From positions 668,114 to 732,113 of the forward strand of contig NW_018404662.1 of the NCBI RefSeq assembly GCF_002113885.1: a DNA stretch of 64,000 bases, given 5' to 3'. The translations under genes and the position numbers were made by a program. The notes below the pieces were generated by a model, which did not search any database, was not told the DNA's origin, and saw only the letters and a program-made list of their open reading frames with translations. This document shows positions 11,201 through 24,398 of the stretch, piece by piece. This DNA comes from Mizuhopecten yessoensis (lineage: Eukaryota). The stretch's first letter is position 1; each line of letters begins with the position of its first letter.

Positions 11201-14200
11201 TCACAATTCTAGACAGACACTCTACCAATTGAACTACCTACATGTAGTCGTCAACGATCGACCCAGTCCAGNCCAGTTCTGCTTCACACTTAAACCCCCC
11301 CCCCCCCCCCCCTTAATAAAGCCAACTTTTTGCTGACTAGTGTCGTCAGTATGATCAAGGTTTTACTACATTAATATCTAGGGAATACAGGTAAACATAT
11401 GGAATGTTGTTGAACTTTGATGTTGTTGAACTTTGGACTGTGTCGGGAATCACTGATAACAAACTATAAATATTAGATTATATAAACTGTTGATAGGACT
11501 TTGCCCAAGTGCTCAAGATATCCTAAAACTTTTTTAATATTTCTCTTTTAAAGCATTATAAAAGAAAATCCATATATACATACACTCAATTTTCAAAAAT
11601 GTTAACATGGACTTTTATAATATAAAAAAATGTACAAAACTGAGTGAACATCCACCTAGTGTAAACAACAATAAAAGACATACAAGTGACTATCTGGACT
11701 TTGACCCGTCTTCAAACAGTACTGTAAAAAGTTGTGGTTATGACTCAGAATCAGCTGGTTTGCCTAAAGGGTTTTCCTCGCGTAGGTGTAATAAAGTTAA
11801 ATTGTGAGAACAAAATCAGCCTTTATATATATGTTACAGTACATGTAGAAGATCCAAGTTTAAATATATAAACTAAAATCCATGTCCCTGCTAGCTACAA
11901 AATCTTAACAACCACCACGCATCTGTTGATAAGGTCATTTACAGTATTATTGAGGACGTTATAACATGAGCTAGCTACAATATGTAGTGTCACTGATCTA
12001 TAGGTGAGTCCAGGGTTTCAATCAATACTCGGGGCCTGCTGATTTACATGTGCAGTAAGTGACCTATATATATTTTTTCTAAGCAATGTGTAAACAGGAT
12101 CTAAAATCTCGGTCAACCAGCTTTATTTACAAGTGTAACACTAAGACTTAACAAAACCACATGTATCAGGTGACCACAGACCCTCAGGTTTATAATTTGT
12201 CCTCAAAGTAAGTTTCTCTCTTCAACTTTCACAACAGTGGAGTTCATCTGTACTAAGTGTGCATGCACTGATGAATTCAAATGCTTGTAAGATTTTGTGG
12301 AAAACCAAAGTGTATACAAAGCTTATCAGGTGTCACTTGTTCCAGTGTTTTAAGTGTTTTGTTTATGTACCCATATAAACCTTAAGCCTTTTTATTATCT
12401 TGCATTATCTCCGATTTAGAAACACTGATATTGGTTAATATATTCTGTTGACCTATTTAATGTAAATTTATGTATTAAAGGTCATGCAAACGTATGAGTC
12501 ATGCTTTGTTGTTGTAAACATGCAGCTCTTCTAGAAAATCATCTCCAGGCATTTTTGAAATCTACTAGTTTCTGTTTCAAACCACGAATAGTCCAGAAAA
12601 GATATATATAAATATATACCAGTATTTTATTAAGCTTAATGGAAGATTATAGTCATATTTTTTTTTTAGCTATGCATGTACAGACATTGATCAATAGAAT
12701 TTCTTCACATTTTAAAGAGAAAAAATAGTGATAATTAAATATATATATGAAATGAAAATAAAGTGATGTAATAACACATAGGGTGACTTGTTCTTAGAAA
12801 GGGTTCTTAGATCTTAGTACATGTATGACTAAGTAAATCTTATTATCTAGGTCATTCAGTGATATTTTTTATTCACATGGTATCCAAATCTTTCATGACG
12901 TCAGCTCTTGACATATGGTGTACATCAGATCAAGATATCTGTTGTATTGATTAGAAACCGACACATATATGAAGAATGTACAGATATGTATGTAGATATA
13001 TAAGCATCTTGTTCAGTCTGTTCTTGTTTGATAAGAGTTCATGTACATTGTCATTGTATAAACTGAAATTCTTCAACCAAATTCTTCATATTATAAACTA
13101 AATCAGAAAAATGAAGGTAGAATTTTAAATCTGTAAATACACTACTTTGGTCTTATTTTTTTTTATTTTTTAATATTTCAATCCTGAATCATGTGCACAT
13201 AACATTTTAATGTGTACATTAAACTTAAAAGTGCACTTCTCTGTGTGACTTAACTGCCTATAAGGCGATGGGACCAATATTATCCAAGTATTTAGTTAAG
13301 CTTTTCTTTTGGGCGTGTACACTTTTGTGGAATTTTATGGAAATTGATGCCTTTCCATTTCACTATCAAGCTGCTGTCACAGCTCAGCTGCAGCTAAGGT
13401 AATGTTGTCTGGATGTGACAGCCAGTGACCCTAGTCTCAAAAATACCAATACCATCCATTGATTAGATTTCAATTCAGTTATTCATCAAAGCTGAAGACA
13501 CTCCAGATCTTACCTGGCTTACTAATGAAGGGAAAAAGTTATACATTTTATGTTGTACTGGTTCTTCTTATGGTTCTTCCAATAATACATGTACCATGTC
13601 TGGGCTGTAACTTTTAAACCATGAAATATATCCTGGATTACACTTACAGTGTACCTGCATCACCCAGTGAAGGTGTGTATTGCTCTGTAATAAGGTTAAT
13701 ATGACCTTTAGTTCAAGGTCAGAGGTAAAATATATCTAGGGAAATCTAGTCTGAGCCATACATTTTAAACTGTTCAGTGTTCAAGTTATTTTGATGAAAA
13801 TGGAAATGTACATGAAACCTCATCAGCCAAAAGAAGTGTGCACTATACATTTGAATAAGGTCACAGTGGCCTAAACCTACAAATGTATATGTCAAAGGTC
13901 AAGTAATTAAAGAAATGTGCAAAATTTTCTGTGAATTCATTTGAAAATATCTTGGTGAAACTTAACAGATGCCTGCATCACACACAAAAATAGTGCAGTG
14001 CACTTTATTAAGGTCACCTAACCTTCATCTTTAGTTTTAAGGTCAAATAAAAAAAATAAAAAAAATGTGTGCTACATGATTAAAGAAAAGTCCTATACTG
14101 GATGGCAATATGGGAAACCCAGAAAAACCCTCTAAAACTGCCGCTGCACAACTTTTCAAAATTTTATAAAAAGTAAAGTTTGCTATGCCTGTTATTTAGG

Positions 14201-17200
14201 ACCTCTATTTTAAATGCTGAATTATTCATTTTTATCCTGCTTTAAATTTAAATCTTAACCGAAAGAAAAAAAATCAGTTTATAATTTCCACTGCGCACTA
14301 ACCTACAATGTATTGTAATGTACATATAAAAATAGAATCATGTAACATTGATGATGTCACATAACTTGTGGGTTTCCCAGTTTATGACCACAATAAGACA
14401 TTAGGACCTACACGTGATATAAACATGTACAATCTAAGTTTAAAATAAATTAAATGTGAATATTCATGAAACCTGTGATTGGACAAGTCATTGTACAATA
14501 AAAACTTCGATGTATGGTGACGCCTTACTTCGCTTTTTTGTATAAACATGCATCTAGATGATGAGTCAATCTATGCAATATTTCATTACACAGTTTTAAT
14601 AACATAAAACTTTAATGATGTACTCTGATTAGTCTTTATTTTTTTATTTTTTTTTGTAACTTAGAATTTTATTCAGATTTTTCAAACACATACGCATGAC
14701 AAATAATGAGATACAAGTCTGTAAATTATGACAGGAAAAGATGGGTAATTGTACAGAACACTCATCTTACAGATTTCATACTACTCTACTCACTACATGC
14801 CATACATATAAACTTATTACACAGCCTTTGCCTGACTGACATTTATCATTAAACCATACACCCATTTTGCCTGTACCCATTTGTACACACAAAATACTTA
14901 TGGCCTTGCAGTTATTGAAAGTTTGAGATGAAAATCCAAAAATATAGGATTGTTTATTGTAATTAAAACGGATGAAAAGAGCATCTAGTAGACTTCTTAG
15001 ACTATCTAGTAAATTCTGGACTTCTTGACATTCCCACAGGATGTTCAGAGTTACATAGAGTACAGAGAGGAGAAATAACTAGATGTGTTTTAAAGAGAAA
15101 AGAGTTTGTGGTTAAAATATGATGATTAACTCTGTACTGAAACCATTGTAGTTTGGTGTTTTTTGTAACACTGAAGGGAATCTTGTATATTCGAGCCCAT
15201 GTTGAATCATTCAAGTCAAAGACTTTGTTCCACTTCTTTTTACCTGTTGGTACAGTATTATTTTTTATAAAAATATTATAGAAATCTTTCGAGCCTTTTC
15301 TGTTTTTCAGGAATAATTCAATGTTCATTGGTAAAATAGGATATGGGAGTTTTAGTTTAGGGATTTCATTTGAAGATATAAACTTTCTCACTGCTGACGA
15401 AATGCTATGATACTGGAGGAAATTTGTTTTTACCCGATATGTGTGAATAATTTCCTGGAAACTATGAAAGCTTCCAGTATTCTGATCTGTTATTAAGTCA
15501 TTTAAAGTTATAATATTTTTGTCATAAAAATTCTTAAAAAATACTGATTTCTGACCAACAGCTATATTTCTGTTAAACCATAATGGTGTTTTTAATATAG
15601 AATCCTTCATAAGACTATATTTTTCAATTAATAAATTCAAATGGTACCAAGCTTTGAAAACATCAACCCAGAAAGAATTTCTATAATGTACTCTTTTAGA
15701 CATTTTTGCACAAAATCATTGCCACAGTTGGCTAGTAGATCTATGTTAACATAACTTTTTAAAATAACTTGCCATTTAGCTGTGGTCTGAAAAAGCCTTC
15801 TGATCCAAGATAATTTTAATGAATCTATAAATTCTTTTAAATTAATCATTTTAAAGCCACCGTTAAGGTATTCTTGGATGATAACTTCTCTTTTGACTTT
15901 GTCTGTTTTGCTGTTCCACAAAAATTCAAAAATAATAGAATTAAGTTAAGAAAGGAAATGTTCATCAGGATTTGGCAGTGCTATACATAGATGGTTGAAT
16001 TGTGAAACGAGAAGTGATTTAATAATATGGATTAGTCTTTATTAGTGACATACAAGTATCAGCATTTATTGTGGACAGCAGGTGTACATGGACAGAATTA
16101 AACAACAGCAGACTGAGATCAGCTACTATTTTTACCTGTGTATATTCACACCTATGACAAATTCCAGTTCCTTCTGAGTTCATTAGTACAATTGGCAGAA
16201 GAAGCTATTAATAGTTTTTAACTCATGTGTATTTTTGGCAAGTAAATTCAAAAGTCTTGGTGCCTTGTTACATGTATGTAAATCTACATTTGGTGTAACA
16301 GTATATTACGCTTTGACCTGGAGGTATAATAGTTTATACGTAGGTACATGCGACATTCATATACCTGTAGGCGGCACAGATATTATCGTATATATAAATA
16401 TCAATGAGCTATGGAGTAATGCTATAGCCTAACTAGGTTAATACCTGTACCTCAGGCATTAAGAACAGTTTGTAGATACACAAAAAACTTGTAGCTTCAG
16501 TTTGACATGCCCATTATTCATTTAAAATATTCCATGGTGCAAACATAGACACATGATTTTTATTTTTTTCAAATGTTAAGAAAATTCTTGGATTTACATT
16601 AAATACAAACATATATCAGGGATGGAGGATACAAATTTGCCTGTTATGTAGCTTTTGATTATAACTGGTCAGATGCAGTTAATCACTCTTTATAAAGTAC
16701 CTCTAAACTACTGGTTCCGTATTCAAATTTATCTGTCTAATTCCTGCTTTCATCAAAAATATTCTCTGGTTCCTAACCTTTCCTAAAAATTATGAATATG
16801 CTGAATATATAAATGCAGTGGTATATAAGTGTCATTGTACCTTATAGTTCCTTTATATGTACCAAGGTATAGATAGTGGTCTTTGAAACAAATCTCAAGG
16901 CACATATAAATGTGTTATCTGTTTCAGCAGATTTGCAAACAGATATGATACATGTACAGAGCTGAAACAAACTTTTACAGCACCATTTTATTATACCTCC
17001 TCTTTATAACATCATGTCTGATTGGTCGAGTTCTGAGTGATTGAAGCAGAGACGTTCAGTGTTGTGTTGATCTATTGCCCTTGTGGTAGGGGCACATGGT
17101 TCTTTGTTTTCCTTTCATGTTCACAACGGCTTTGTCATTTAAAACCTGATTAATCTCAGGTTATGTAAGTCTTACAGCCAATAGTAATATATTGTGGTAA

Positions 17201-20200
17201 ACGTATGTGTCGTTTTTGCAGGCACCTGTTCTACCAGCAAGTGATGCATGAGCTGAGATGTGGAAAGCTTCAGGTAACAGATGAGGCTCAGCTAGTTCGG
17301 ATTGCCTCCCTTTCTGCCCAGGTGGAGTTAGGAGACCAGGTAGACAATCCCATGCTGTTGCAGCTGTACGAAAAAATTCTGGAGGGTTTGACCCCTGACC
17401 CCTCCAGTGATCTGGTCAAGGAGGTGGCTATAGGACATGGAGATCTGATGAGGGTAACCAAAGCACACGCAGAGTATCGTTTGTTACAGGAGGCATCCAT
17501 AATAGAAAACTATGGTACAGAGTATCATGAGGCTAAGAACTTGTCCGGAAACTCTGTCAGCATTGGGGTCGGACCAGAGGGCATTTTCTTCTACGACCTG
17601 AATAATGAGTTGTTTGAAAAGTAAGTAGCAAGCGATGCCGTCAGGTTACTTTTATGTGTTATTTTATGAATAGCAAATTGGTGTAAAATTGGTTTAATTA
17701 CGTAAAAAAATAGTTATTAAAGACTTGTTTTAGGTACTGATGCCAGAGATTCAGTTTGAAGATGTTCAATTTTGCGTACGTAAATAAGGTTTTGACAGGG
17801 ATCAAGTAGAAATACTTTTACATAGAAACAAAGACTGGAGACTAGCTATTAAAGCTACATTGTACAGAAGTTATTCCTTGAGCTTACATTATACTTATAT
17901 TATTGAGTGAAATGAACAAATAGCACATATACTATAACAGGTATATAAACAGTTACATGTACATGTATGTCTAGTACACCTGGCACTTCATGCTAGTAAC
18001 AGGTAATTTATGGCTACTAGTATATCAACTGATTGTTGTTTACCTGGTTGTACTTAAGGCTGACCGAGATATATCACTCATATAGTACAGTGTTTGTTTG
18101 CCTCCAGTAAAGTCATGGCTATTAATTATAACTATACATATACATGTTAACATGTATATATATATTTATATAGACGGCTCAGTGGTCATTGATCATGAAA
18201 GCAAGAGAATTGTGAGTTTACTACGTAGAATATACACAACAACTCAGTGACCCTATGACCAGTGTGTACAGCCTCGAGGTCTGTCCGATATCTATATGGA
18301 TGGACTTTGTACTGGTCATTGTACACACACTAGGGTCATTCAAGGATTGAATATACAAATTTTCATAGAAACTTACATATTGTTGTATTATATTTGCCTT
18401 TTTTCTCTACTTTATGCTTTTTATAATATTTGAAATGAGGTTTCTAACAGCTGCAAGTGTCTCGCATACATGTATATATTATGTTTTCTATGTGTGATTT
18501 GTACATTGTACATCTTGATACAGTTTAAATTGCTAATGGTCATTATCAGAACTCCTCAGGAAAGTTATTTGAATTTTACACTATGTGCCATGTTCTGAAT
18601 CTACTTATGAGGAAGTGTTCATCAGAAAGGATGCTCGAATTTGATTTATGATGTGGGGCATTTCTAAGGGGGTCAGCATTTATAAGGTCAAATACTGTAA
18701 TATAGTAGATCAAAGTTCTTGGAACAGGGAAGTTAATTAGTGTCGCCTTTGTCTTGACAGGTTGGAATACTCCATGGTGATGAAGGCAATCCATGATAGA
18801 AATAAAGTGATACTGGAAGCGTATAATGACGAGGGGGAGACCAACAAGTACGAGTTTAAGATGGTCAGCACGAGAGCTGCTAACGCTCTGTATCGCTGTA
18901 TTACTGAGATGCATTCCTTTTTCCGCTGTGATACTGTCCATGATGAGGTCAGCCTGCAAGTGACCCATGACCTCAAAGGGGTGCTTGCCTCCATCTTCAG
19001 TGATAACACCGCAAGTGGTAAGAATACCATACATGTCCCTGTACACTGAAAAAGTCTACCATATTTCACCTTGATCTGATTATAGACAACTCCTGTCATT
19101 AAACCCATCTGCTTGCATTGTTTAAAAGACTTAATGATGTGAATGGAATCTTTAGACAAGATCTTGCTGCACAGGGGTAAAACACAATTTGGTATGATGG
19201 CATAGAGATACAGTGTATTTCTCTTTTCAACTAACAGTAATGGCATAAACATGCATTTGTAATCAGAAAAGAAAATGGCAATATTTACATTATCCATAAT
19301 CGGCTTGCAGGTGCTACATATTTTGTACTTGTATTATGGTATACCTGTTCATTCTTATCAAAATGAGTATAAAAAGTAAATTTAAAACAAAACCATTCTG
19401 TGTAAAGTATTTAATAATCATATGAAATTCAGATTTTTATAACACATTGTGCTTGATTGTTTCAGGCCAAAATTATGTATTTGATGTGAAACAAACCTGT
19501 AAAGAAGTGTATGATAGCACTCGGAGAAAATTACTCAAACAACAACAAGTTCCCATGTCTCTGGCAGCGAGCCAGGAGGACATCTCACAGTCAACAGACA
19601 ACAAGGAAAACAACGAAGAGCAGCAAGTTCAGGTAAATCATTTGTCAAAGTTGAATGCCATAATGACTTAATACAATTAAGAATGACTGAACAGTAAAGC
19701 CACATACAGTAGTTTAATTGGTTGTAATACATATGTAGAGGTTGTATTTCAGTGGCTTGTTGCTGCATTGAGGAGAGTTCCTAAACTCATTCACCCCTGA
19801 AGACACATTCAAACTCTTCCAATTCAAAGGTTGGAATAGTTCATTTTAAAATTTTAGGGGTGAATGAGTTAATAGACAATCAAAAAGAACAAAAGAGAAT
19901 AGTAGATTTTAGAGGATAATATGGACAGATGATTATTATATATTTACTATAAAGTCTAGATAGTGTCTGCCATTCCTTTTTTATAGACATTTGGAAAATA
20001 TGATCGAACTATTTACAACAATGTTTACGAAAGGTCATCAGGTAAAAATTGATGATTATAATATGAATCCAGAAAACAAAGTAATTGTGACTAGAACATA
20101 TACACACAACAACTGTACACTGTTTAACATGGTTCTTGAGTGTAAATCTGAGGTGTGATATAGCAATTTAAATGATTAAGAAGAGTGCTAGCTGTATTCA

Positions 20201-21217
20201 GTTCCTTTTCAATTATGAGGCCAAAAACCAGTAATGAGGTCGATGCTAACATACATGCGACATAGCAGGGTAAATTTGTAGACTCTAGACCTGATACTTT
20301 GAGATATTTCCTGTTGATAGAACAAGTGATAGTGTTCACCACTGTTTGATCACGCTGTTAGCTATACACAGCCTTGTGTGTGTGTGTACATATCCTGGTC
20401 GTGACTGTACTTGAAGTTTGTCCCGTTGAAAGTCTAAGGGGGGAGGGGGGTATATATGCATTATGATACCCTATAACCTTTTATGTTATTTCCGTTTTGA
20501 CAATATTGTGGAAGTTTTAAGTTTGTGATTGTGAACAAGAACTTGATTGTCCCTTCATCATTGAGGTTGTCACTATAAAAGATGAATGAACTTCATACAT
20601 TTATGTACAAGTTGTGGTACATATTATGTGTATAAGACCCAGAATATTGGGTCTTGTAAACCCCTGGATGTGAGATCAATTGAGTTAATAATCTTTTAAG
20701 AAATGTACCTCACAAGAGAAAGTTTTTTCATATCTATGTCATGATAAGATCTTTGCTGAATACAGCAAGAATATTGCCTTATTATGAATGGAAAAATAAT
20801 TCTGAGGGAGTTTTAATTGTTGTACAAAGTATTTTTGCTGTAGTTAAACTGTTTTAAGCAAAAGTAAAACATAAAAAGAATAACAGACGAAGGAAATCAG
20901 ATTTCTGTCAAGTCAAAAAAGGATAATTTGTATTTTTACTAGTTTTCAATTGGTTGTTGTAATTAACAAGGTCATTGATAATAAATGAGTTTCCTGTTCT
21001 GCTTCAGATGCTGAAAAACAAGTTGGAGACAATCCAAGACTCTTTTGTGTGTAAAGTGTGTATGGACAATGATATCTCAACAGTGCTGTGTCCGTGTGGT
21101 CACATGGTGTGCTGTAATGACTGTGCATCGCAGCTGGCCGAGTGCCCGCTGTGTAGAACTTCAATAACGACGGCACAACCAGTCTTTCTCCCGACAGCTT
21201 TCTGTGTGAAAACGTAG
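8262..21217 (+). CDS. MYLIP: E3 ubiquitin-protein ligase MYLIP/IDOL (FERM + C3HC4 RING), 6 coding exons, 436 aa
   Basis: Exons 8262-8348, 9799-9989, 17222-17620, 18761-19017, 19466-19632 and 21008-21217 are all GT-AG and phase-compatible (1311 nt). MYLIP-specific motifs: [69 protein letters not shown], and [27 protein letters not shown]. Confidence 0.96.
11147..11312 (-). mobile_element. tRNA-containing LTR (Helenus-like TRIM remnant) preceded by a poly-G purine tract
   Basis: Minus strand: G-run (11295-11312), then TGTGAAG...ATTACCA (11288-11147). Contains a tRNA-like A box TAGTTCAATTGGTAGAG and B box GGTTTGAATCCC. Confidence 0.6.
13590..14050. repeat. Degenerate HINE-type internal repeats (tgacct/aaggtca-rich)
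   Basis: About three decayed units with gcatca, aaggtca, tgacct and aaggtcaa blocks. Confidence 0.35.
14641..16029 (-). mobile_element. 5'-truncated L1/Tx1-type LINE in MYLIP intron 2 with 14-bp TSD and poly(A) tail
   Basis: ORF2 C-terminal motifs [39 protein letters not shown] and CTLC. AATAAA and poly(A) at the low-coordinate end. TSD gattagtctttatt at 14627-14640 and 16030-16043. Confidence 0.9.
19786..19868. mobile_element. 83-bp MITE at a TTAA-like target (piggyBac-like)
   Basis: TIRs ctcattcacccct / aggggtgaatgag, flanked by taaa and ttaa. Confidence 0.7.
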
Positions 21218-23277
21218 TGATCGTGCCATGGGGGGAGGGGAGACGTGAGCTCGTCATGACAATAAAACAGAAAAGAAGGTATTCATTGATGAACAAGAGC
21301 ATGCAGTTCTGATATTTACTTATGAATATTCATGAGTTTGTGCATCAGCGGTCGTCCAGGCTGATAAGTGATTATTGGATGAAGACGCTTCGGAGGGTTG
21401 TATTCAGTCATGATGAAAGGAGAGACATTTACAGATAAAGACTGTTATCGGGATTGTGCATTAACTTGACATTTATCATTAACATAATTATATTTTTCAT
21501 ATTCCTCTCATGTCTCATCAGTCAACACTGTGTTGCCATTATTTATCATTTGGTTTTGTCAGCAATGTGAAATTTTACAAAAAAAAAGTAATCAAAATAT
21601 AGTATTTTACATGTGTATGATACTTGTACTTATGATAGCAATAGCATACACTGATTTCACAAATATTCACCTTGATCACATCATCCAATTACAGATATGT
21701 CTAAAAATGTAAATGTTGCTTAAATTAATGATGAATGATTTTATCATATAGAATTTGTCCTCAAGATTTGATTGAACAATGAACATATCTGCCAAACCAT
21801 TCATATGATTTTTTTTATCACAAACATAATATTATTGAGCTTGAGAAAATCTAATTTGCCAGATATTCTGACACTATAGACTATGCATGCTTATTCACTG
21901 TATCACACCGGAGGTATTTTCGAGCACTTTGTTAGGTCATATAGTCACCATATTCAACATACTTACTGATGTGTATATGTTTTATTATTTAAGTTTTAAA
22001 AGTGATCCAGTTCTTTACAAGTTGAGACTGATTGTTTCAATCTACTAGTCTTTACAAGTACCTTCCAGTATAAGCTGGGTCAAAAATATTATGACTTTGT
22101 GAAAGAATTGGATGCTTTCATGGAAAGATGTTTTTTTCTGGGACGGGTGGTCATTGTGGTAGGTAAACCCTAGTGTCAATGTCTTCTCTGCAGAGATCTA
22201 CAGTTGTCTGATATTTACAAGGCCTACCTCTCTCTATAAATAAAAACACATTCCTAAAATATTTATGCTTACTGTAGATTATTCATTTACTTTGGATTCT
22301 CTACAACTAAAAGTGAAACTTTCAATCTACAAAAAATGGCAATCGTTACAAATCCAATCTTTTGGTAAAACTTGTGTGATATTTGTTTGCAAGAATATTT
22401 ATGGGATGTATTATATAGTGCTTAAATTTCGAGAGGTTGAACTTTTTGGGGGGGGAGTTTAATTTTGTGCATACTGTAAATAGTCAGTGTGTCTGACTCT
22501 TTAACAGTAAAGGCAACAGACATCTAGTGTTGATATTTTAATGTCTTTTTTTTCATGTCCCAAAAATATAAACCTTTGCAAAATATAAGCACTATATACA
22601 TGTAGAATTGTAAATGATGATGTTTTCCGATGCAGCTGGGAAATTACCATGTTCATATTTTCTGCATTAAATTCTCTAGTAGTTATACACACTGATGCTT
22701 ATAATATTTTCTGTCATCATTTTTGTTAGTCCATTTCACATGATATGAATCTTTCATGTGATTTGTGTCGTTAAAATCAGTATCATTTATTTATTCAAAG
22801 GAAATTTGAATTCTGTGCCTTAAACAGATAAATGCAATATTCAAACTACTTACTACAGAATGAAGCTCCATCACTGAAACATCTGTATAAAATTATGGAA
22901 AAAAAACCTTCAAACTATTGATTTTATTTGCATTTTTTTCTCTATGTTTCCAGGCTTTTGTTTTGGTGTAGATACCCAGTATGACAATTTCACCAGCATG
23001 GTCATAGCAGCCCCAATTTCGATGTCCTGTATATAGGACGCAGTTCACTTGTACAGTAACTTTGTGATAAAACATACATTCATACATTGTATATATTAGA
23101 ATGGTTCATTTGTTCTACAATCAACTTTTATGCTGACTTTATTTATTTTGAATGTTTTAACTTGACTGTCATAATGTACTGACCTATTGTTTCATGTATA
23201 TGTTGGTTTTTTTTTCCATCATTTTAATTTCATCTTTTCAGCATTTCTACATTTTATAAATGATTCTGGATATAATA

Positions 23278-24398
23278 AAAACAGATCATTGTGCCATAAA
23301 TCAAATGAAATGTAATTTAAACCCACAAACCACTGTTAAACTGAAGTTTAATTTATGTACACCACTTCCTATGTAATTAGTGAACTGATGTGATGGACCA
23401 TGGAAAATGAACATTTTGTAGTTCTTATGCTTTTGTTTAGTTAGACTTTGTTTTTCTGAAAATTATTCAAATACATGTATATTTTTTCTTTTTCCTTACA
23501 TTGATAAAACCACTTAATACTTGTATCCATCAATGTTTTTAAGATGTTGAGAATGTTCAGTGTATTTTGTGTGTTTTTTGACTGTACAAGTTAACAGTTT
23601 GGTTCTGATCTTGGCTGTATCAAGATGCATCAGATCTGTAAATCATTCAAATTGCTGATATATTTCATAATTTAAAATATACCTGGTATAAATAAAAAAT
23701 AAAATCATGCCTGTTGTGGGATTCAAAATTATCACCAGCAGAAAAAAGAATTATTTTGGTTCATTTGCGTTTGACAGAAAGTGTTGCTGTCATTGAAATA
23801 AGCTAGTGGATCTTGAAACAGCTGAGACTTTGTATGGTTCATTTGTATGATCTATAAGTGTTTTATAGGTACTATGATTGGTTCTTTCGCTTTCACTGTA
23901 GTCATTTATTCTCACTTTTGTGCTAAATATACGTTAAATGATTCTGTTCTTTAGGGTGATTGGCTGAACTCCCAAGTTGTTAGTATATGTCTTAACTAGA
24001 CTGAATGGAACCTGAAAGGTCTTATTAGATCCTCATCCAACAGATCAGACCTGAAAGTCAAATAAGATATTGAGACTTATCTTACAGATGTATTTAGGAT
24101 TGCATTTCATTGCTTAATATGTTAATTCTGATATTTTTTATTGGTGACTTTCTACACATTTTGTCTTGTTTAAATTGACAAATGCAAGGTTTCCATGGAG
24201 ATAACCAGACTAAAAATTTGTTAATAACGGCATACAGATAAACAAATACAGCTGAACTATTGGTTTACTATGCAGACTATTTTGAGAAAACAGATCATTG
24301 TGCTATAAGTCAAACAAAATCCAACTTAAATCCACAAACCACTGTTTAACTTACGTTTTATTTATATACACCACTTCCTATGTAATTAGTGAACTGAT
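23278..24398 (+). repeat. Dispersed ~112-bp direct repeat downstream of MYLIP (23278-23389 and 24287-24398)
   Basis: aaaacagatcattgtgc...ccacaaaccactgtt...tacaccacttcctatgtaattagtgaactgat is present twice. Confidence 0.85.

Noticed and set aside
11272-11312. N base and long C-run as a special signal
   Set aside because: The N is an assembly ambiguity, and the run is explained as a PPT-like tract of the adjacent LTR.
18576-19297. Minus-strand ORFs of 156 and 186 aa
   Set aside because: Antisense shadows of MYLIP exon 4 with no recognisable motifs.
21203-21217. C-terminal CVKT as a CaaX prenylation signal on MYLIP
   Set aside because: Lys at the a2 position is unfavourable and there is no other support.
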